From: Octopus vulgaris
Lineage: Eukaryota
Direction of reading: 5' to 3'
Assembly (NCBI GenBank): GCA_951406725.2
Contig: OX597829.1
Coordinates: 1,550,001-1,614,000, forward strand
DNA: 64,000 nt
The notes beneath the pieces are model-generated. The model was not told the DNA's origin, ran no database searches, and saw only the letters and a list, made by a program, of their open reading frames with translations. Below, piece after piece: positions 56,594-64,000 of this stretch (the stretch's first letter is position 1; every line of letters begins with the position of its first letter). Made by a program: the position numbers and the translations under genes.

Positions 56594-56999
56594 TAGGAGT
56601 GGCTGTGTGGTAAGTAGCTTGCTTACCAACCACATGGTCCCGGGTTCAGTCCCACTGCGTGGCACCTTGGCCAAGTGTCTTCTACTATAGCCTTGGGCAG
56701 ACTAAAGCCTTGTGAGTGAATTTGGTAAACGGAAACTGAAAGAAGCCCGTCGTATATATGTATATATATATTATGTGTGTGAGTGTCTGCGTTTGTCCTC
56801 CCAACATCGCCTGACAACCGATGCTGGTGTGTTTACGTCCCCGTCACTTAGCGGTTCGGCAAAAAGAGACCGATAGAATAAGTACTGGGCTTACAAAATA
56901 ATAAGTCCTGGGGTCGATTTGCTCGACTAAAGGCGGTGCTCCAGCATGGCCGCAGTCAGATGAATGAAACAAGTAAAAGAGTAAAAGAGAGTAAAGAGA
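56594..56999 (+). mobile_element. SINE family B, full length
   Basis: tRNA-like head with A/B boxes, CORE-like segment, (gtaaaaga)n tail. Confidence 0.9.
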
Positions 57000-58672
57000 G
57001 TAATGGGCCGCCATGATCTTTCTCTATGTTATCTTTAGTTGTTCTGTAGAGCCTTTGGAGTATAAATTTTGGCAGTCCTTGTATACCTTGCATGGTGAAC
57101 TTGCTCTTGCCTTCTTGGTCAACCACAGAACTTCATTTCGGTCTTGTTGAAATTCGGTGTTGTTGCTTGTGGACTAAAGAAGTATATAAAGTGGGACAAG
57201 TTTTGTTTCATCGATTTATCATCGATCGATGTAGCTTCGGGACTCCTCCTTCGCTTCATCGAATTACCGCCTCATGACCGCTGTCTCTCTACCACCCTCC
57301 CCAACTTTTGTTCTTTCTTTCTTTCTTTCTTCCTTTTCTCCCTCTTTTGTTCTTCCTTTCTTTCTCTCACTCTCATTCAATGCTGATGATTATGGAAATC
57401 ATTACCTGATGTCGCCGATCATTATCATCCGTCCCGTTACTTGCAAGATGGAATCGGCGCCTTCATCGAATTTAACCACATATCCCTAATAGTTTGAGAC
57501 CACTATGCGACAATGATCTGTTGCTCAATGAAGGCTTATGGTTTGGATTACCTGAAGTTTCTACGCATTGTGGGGTTTACTCTGGACCTAGGTCTACCTG
57601 CATTTCACCAGGATTGTTCCCTCTACGTTATCACATGTGTAGCTTCCAGACGCAGGTACCAATGCAGTTGCTGCAATTGTATTACATATGTACTGTTGTA
57701 CACAATTGCCATGTTATGGTATCCGTTGAGCAGCCTGAATTAAATTCTCATTTTCTAGTTCTTAGAAATCATGTTCATAATTTTTCTTTTCTGGATGACG
57801 AAAGTAATTAGCAGAATCCCATAGGGTGAATTATCAGTTTATCAAAACCTCTACAAAAACTTCAACGACGACGATGAAGACCACCACCACCTCTACGACC
57901 ATAATGACGACCACCACCTCAACTATCACCACCAGCACAATCACCACCTCCATTTACCCATTTCACCACCCACAGTATGGTAGAAAAATATGCCTCGTCT
58001 CAACGAGATGTCGTCTGTGCAGCTACCCTCATTATGCTGTTGATAGTTACCCGGTCGATTCCTGATGTCACTAAATGTTCTAAACACACTTGTTTTCCAA
58101 ATACCTGAACGCATTATCAGCGATATTTAATTGGTTCTTTGCGCGTTTCAGGCTACTGAAAAGGAAACATTCAGGCAATTAATTCATGGCTTGATTAAAT
58201 CTAGGCTTGGGTTCATTCGACACCATTATGCCGAGTACAGTCTCATCCTTTCAGATCCACAGACACTTGAAACAATTGCTGTTGCTTCCACGTTTAACGA
58301 AATAGTCATTTGTCTACTTGCTCCGATGATTCTCGGTGCATTGCAAGAATTATTGTGGGATTGGTTTGAGAACTTGACATTTCCAGCCTCAATGAACTCA
58401 TATTCCTCTCGACAAAGTTTCACCAACTCAGCTGTTAAATATCTGTAAGAAATTTTGTTTTCCAATCTGCGAATCTTAATTCGATCCCATTCCGTGCAGT
58501 TGACTTTTGGCATTCCCCAGCATTGATCAGTACCTGTCTGTGACACTGGGTAGACGGAAACAATAAGCAGAACTTCGTAGTATCAATTCTTCTTGATTTA
58601 CCAACACTTCTACGACGACGGTCATTCCACTAAAACCACCACCATTACCACTATCACTACTAACACAACTAC

Positions 58673-59629
58673 CTATTTCTTTATTACTCATAAGGGGCTA
58701 AACATAGAGGGGACAAACAAGGACAGACAAACGGATTAAGTCGATTATATCGACCCCACTGCGTAACTGGTACTTAATTTATCGACCCCGAAAGGATGAA
58801 AGGCAAAGTCGACCTCGGCGGAATTTGAACCCAGAACGTAACTGCAGACGAAATACCTATTTCTTTACTACCCACAAGGGGCTAAACATAGAGGGGACAA
58901 ACAAGGACAGATAAACGGATTAAGTCGATTATATCGACCCCAGTGCGTAACTGGTACTTATTTAATCGACCTCAAAAGGATGAAAGGCAAAGTCGACCTC
59001 GGCGGAATTTGAACCCAGAAGGTAACGGCAGACGAAATACCTATTTCTTTACTACCCACAAGGGGCTAAACATAGAGGGGACAAACAAGGACAGACAAAG
59101 GGATTAAGTCGATTATATCGACCCAGTGCGTAACTGGTACTTAATTTATCGACCTCGAAAGGATGAAAGGCAAAAACCACCACCATTACCACATCACTAC
59201 TAACACAACTACCTATTTCTTTACTACCCACAAGGGGCTAAACACAGAGGGGACAAACAAGGACAGACAAATGGATTAAGTCGATTACATCGACCCCAGT
59301 GCGTAAACTGGTACTTAATTTATCGACCCCGAAAGGATGAAAGGCAAAGTCGACCTCGGCGGAATTTGAACCCAGAAGGTAACGGCAGACGAAATACCTA
59401 TTTCTTTACTACCCACAAGGGGCTAAACATAGAGGGGACAAACAAGGACAGACAAACGGATTAAGTCGATTACATCGACCCCAGTGCGTAACTGGTACTT
59501 AATTTATCGACCCCGAAAGGATGAAAGGCAAAGTCGACCTCGGCGGAATTTGAACCCAGAAGGTAACGGCAGACGAAATACGGCTACGCATTTCGCCCAG
59601 CGTGCTAACGTTTCTGCCTACTCGCCGCC
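58673..59629 (-). mobile_element. Tandem array of SINE family A (one headed copy plus four headless units of up to about 184 bp)
   Basis: Unit ends ctatttcttta at about 58673, 58857, 59041, 59213, 59398; flank aaaaccaccaccattacc duplicated at 58632 and 59173. Confidence 0.9.
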
Positions 59630-60039
59630 TATTTAACACAACTACCGCTGCTGCCACCGTAGCACCAAATGCCATCGCTATTACCATTACTGTCACCAAT
59701 TCTCAATACATCCAGCATGATAGAAAATTAGAATTTTATGTTAGAGAAACATGGAGTAAGGATGAAATTATTAAGATGCTGGTCCTCTGATTCTACACAC
59801 ACACAAACACACAACAACAACAACAACAACAACATATTTTGATATTTCACTTAGGTGGCGGCGAATTGGTACAACCATTTTGCACGCAGGGCAAAATGCT
59901 TAGCTGTATTTCGTCTGTCGTTACGTTCTGAGTTCAAATACTCTCGAGGTCAACTTTGCCTTTCATCCTTCCTTCTGTTTGCTTTGTACACCACCTGTCT
60001 CCATCTTTTGTTGTTTTTTTTCGTAAACTCTCCCTATAC

Positions 60040-60685
<646 letters not shown>

Positions 60686-61591
60686 TTCAGAAAGAAAGCG
60701 TTAGTCGAGTATTTCGCATTTAATTCCCACAGACGTGGGTTCAAATGACACTTGTGCGTCATCGCATGTAATCTAATCAGGATTTCAAATATCGATCATA
60801 AACTCAATATTTCCCTAAGAATTTTTAGCTAATACGTTACTGAACGCGCAAGAGAGTGCGAGTGAATGAATTGCTAGAAATAGAAGCCACATCTCTCACA
60901 AAACTGAATTTAAAGTTTGAGAATGAATAAATGAAAAAAAAAATAAAACTGAAATGTCATTGAATAATGCCGATCTCAATAACACGATGTTTTGGGTAAT
61001 TTACAGGATGCTTACAAGCGGAATTTCTTCGATTATCTGTATGTTTGATCTGAGCTGTATTTCTAACAAGCAACAACAATCCCAAACAGAAGCATCTTCG
61101 ATTGTCTTCATATTATATGTCACAGTCTGTAATCCGAGGAACAACGTTTTCATTTTCAGGAATCGATTTTACCAAAACATCAGGCGAATTTTCCCCCACA
61201 ACAAACCTCACCTTTGCAGTCTCCAAAATTGGAAAAAGGAAATATCGAATATTAGATGGAACAGTTTTACATATTAACAGATACAGACTTACACAAACAC
61301 ACATTTATTCTCTCGACTCTGTATATACGTTTGTACGTATACATAGAAACACACAAACACACACATACCCCCCCCCCCCCCCACACACACACACACATAC
61401 ACACACACGTACACACACGCACACACATTCGGCCTGATGTGTATGATATATGATTATAAGATATATGATGTATAAAAAATGTAATATATACAAATAAATA
61501 TCTGTAAATATAAAACCATCCGAATTTCTGAGTACCTCATTTCTTCTGATATAAAATACCTGTACATCATCTCCAAACTTTCTAATATACG

Positions 61592-61671
<80 letters not shown>

Positions 61672-61725
61672 GTGAATGGAAGAAATGGAGTTGAACGAAG
61701 ATTGTACAGAATTCCTTTTATTACA

Positions 61726-61805
61726 TTCTACACATGTTTCAAAGGCCACAATTTTCCAAATTCTGATTAAATAAGGATACCATATTGCAGCTTTCTCTTC
61801 AGGAA
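61726..61805 (-). ncRNA. Type I hammerhead ribozyme, long stem II (related to 24877-24960)
   Basis: Minus strand ttc-CTGAAGA-g[aaagctgcaat ... attgtggccttt]-GAAAC-atgt-GTA-gaa; element adjacent to (TA)n. Confidence 0.72.
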
Positions 61806-62289
61806 AAACCAGGAATTACGTTGTCAGAACAAAACAAAACAAAGGCGCAGCAAAGCAATTCGAACGAGGACGCTCCTTAAGAGCCCATGGGTAAAATTTT
61901 ACCGAATAATTGTCACATATTACATTTACAGATAAATTCCTCTATTTACATAATATTGAGGCCTCTTTCTTTCTTTTGTTGTCTTACCGTTTTTACCAAT
62001 ATATATATATATATATACCTACATATATAACTATGACCATTTTAAACCAATGATCAACTTCTAATTGTTAATTTTATGTATGTATGTATAAATATATATG
62101 TGTGCGTGTGTGTGTGTGTGTGTATGTTTATATGCGTGTGCGTGTGCGTCGAACCAACTATAATAATATTTTTATTTACGGTATTTTAATTCCAGTTACC
62201 TCAACTTTCTTTTGAGACAGAGTACTTTAAAGGTGGTACTCGACAAGATCGCAGAATAATTAAACCATAACACATATATTAATCTAATA

Positions 62290-62733
62290 TTGCTTTCAAA
62301 TTTTGGCACAAGGCCAGCAACTTCGGGTGAAGAGTAAGTCGATTACATCGACCCCAGTGCTCCAAATCGTACTTATTTTATCGACCTCGTAGGATGAAAG
62401 GCCAAGTTGACTTCGGCTGAATTTAAGTTCAGAGCGCAAATGACGGACGAAGTGCCGCTAAGCATTTTGTACGGCCACACTAACGATTCTGCCAGCTCGC
62501 TGCTTCATATTAATTTGATATCGATTTCAAATTTTGGCTCAGGGCCAGCAGTTTTGGTGGAGGGGTAAGTCGATTGTATCGACACCTGTGTCCAACTGGT
62601 ACTTATTTTATCAACTCTGGAAGAATGAAAGGTAAAATCGAACACGGCAGAATTTGAACTCAGAAGGTAAAGACGGACGAAATACCGCTAAGCATTTGCC
62701 CGGCATGCTAACGGTTCTGCCAGCTCGACGCCT
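62290..62733 (-). mobile_element. Two tandem older family-A-related SINE copies
   Basis: Two units starting tttcaaattttggc.ca.ggccagca and ending ctgccagctcg. Confidence 0.75.
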
Positions 62734-62895
62734 TATATTAATTTAAACCTGGTTAATGTTTCTCATTTCTTCAGTTCTAATTTCTTCAATTCTAATGTGA
62801 TGTAGAAACGAAGTTACAATCCGTCTTTGAAAGAAACTGAATCATGGCTTTATATTTAGTCTTCCATTTAAACTACAAGCTTTTGAGAGAAAAAT

Positions 62896-63365
62896 TTATT
62901 CCAAGAGAGATACATTTGTAGTAATTCCTTTGCCGTGACATGTAGCTTTACTAAACTCTAACAAAACATCTAAGCACCAGGTAACCTGAATTTTGTTATG
63001 ACAAGTCAACATGTTATGAATTGCTTCAAAAACGTAAGTCTAAACTCAGTTCATTTACTAAAAACAGTTCCCATGGGAACATGGTGTGAAAAAATTAAAT
63101 TTCACCTGCGCAGTTTGTCAATGGCATTCACCTCTACCATAACTTGGGAATGTTTACGAACACACGATGTGGTTACTACGCAAATGCCCAAAGAGTGAAT
63201 TTTATTTCCCAGAGAGATACATTTTTAGTAATTGATTTGCTGTGACATGTAGCTTTGATAAACCTTAACAAAAGAACATCTAAGCACCGGATAACTTACA
63301 TTTTGTTATGACAAGTCAACATGTTAAGTATTTCTGAAAAAAAAAAGAGTCTGAACTTAGTTTAT
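62896..63365. repeat. Diverged direct repeat of about 160 bp at about 305-bp spacing
   Basis: agagagatacattt..gtgacatgtagcttt..aacatctaagcacc..ttttgttatgacaagtcaacatgtta at 62896-63055 and 63201-63365. Confidence 0.85.
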
Positions 63366-64000
63366 TGTTGAAGTCAATTCTAACGCAAAAAAGGGTTCAT
63401 CGGTAGAGGTTATCAAGGAAAAAGTTTGCGGAACAACGAGGTAATTTCTCGGCTTCCAGGAGATAGCAGTCAAATCTCTCCAATTAAATCTTACAATCTT
63501 GAAAAATGAGAAATTAAATGAAATAATGCTTACTGCAATTAAAATAATAATCACAACAATAATGAAGTTGATTATTATTATTATGAATGTTGGTGAACCC
63601 CATAAATGTTTAGACCGAGATTACTTGTATATTTTCCCCCCGAATGGTGTAATGTTGTTTATCTGGTTTAACAGAAGGACGAAAATGGAAGATGGAAACA
63701 GTATTTTGGAACTAATGACATGAGAAGAAAGGTAGTAATAGATATGTGGAACCAGTTTCTAACGTTGTTTAATCTCAAATCAGCTCTGATCCAACAGAAC
63801 TTTCAGCAAAGAATGTCCAGTCTTCATTCAGGCATCGAAGACGACGCAAATATGAAAAGCCCACCTTTTATTTAGAAATAGCGTTTCTTGAACTGCATTA
63901 CTTAATGCGTCCTTCCCTTTTGATTTTTTTGTTGTTGTTGGTTATTGAAAGGTCAGCCCCGACCCCAAAAACGTATGGTCAAAAGTGTTGTACCTTTTAA

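Noticed and set aside
56594-56665. tRNA genes at SINE heads
   Set aside because: A/B boxes are present but there is no complete cloverleaf, and each continues into a SINE body.
57500-57790. Possible RTE C-terminal remnant (GRPR motif) on minus strand
   Set aside because: Too degenerate, with multiple stops; a single short motif is insufficient.
58226-58546. 106-aa minus-strand ORF in non-repetitive DNA
   Set aside because: No recognisable motif or splice signals; may be a decayed transposon but I cannot support a call.
58673-59629. CRISPR-like array
   Set aside because: Units are about 184-bp SINE bodies with no unique spacers; eukaryotic context and no cas genes.

Overview
This is AT-rich, repeat-saturated eukaryotic (metazoan) DNA. 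The SINE families and the extreme (TA)n/(TACA)n/(TAA)n microsatellite load look like an octopod cephalopod genome (inference from pattern recognition). No complete host gene is visible, and almost all of the ORF track is translated microsatellite. The real content is: (1) a cluster of R4/Dong-type RT+RLE non-LTR retrotransposons nested in (TAA)n arrays at 31.9-41.8 kb; (2) a Penelope-like (GIY-YIG) element 3' half at 19.5-21.0 kb ending in a hammerhead ribozyme; (3) about 20 hammerhead or hammerhead-like motifs from roughly 9 unrelated short families, mostly in (TA)n and often as head-to-head inverted pairs, including a G3-C8 core-swap variant and an A6U family; (4) two abundant tRNA-derived SINE families, one forming precise head-to-tail multimers; (5) non-autonomous Helitrons; (6) a 28S rRNA fragment bracketed by a 77-bp duplicated SINE head; (7) decayed CR1- and RTE-like LINE pieces; (8) a 144-bp Asp-codon-rich minisatellite. 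All structures and alignments were done by eye.
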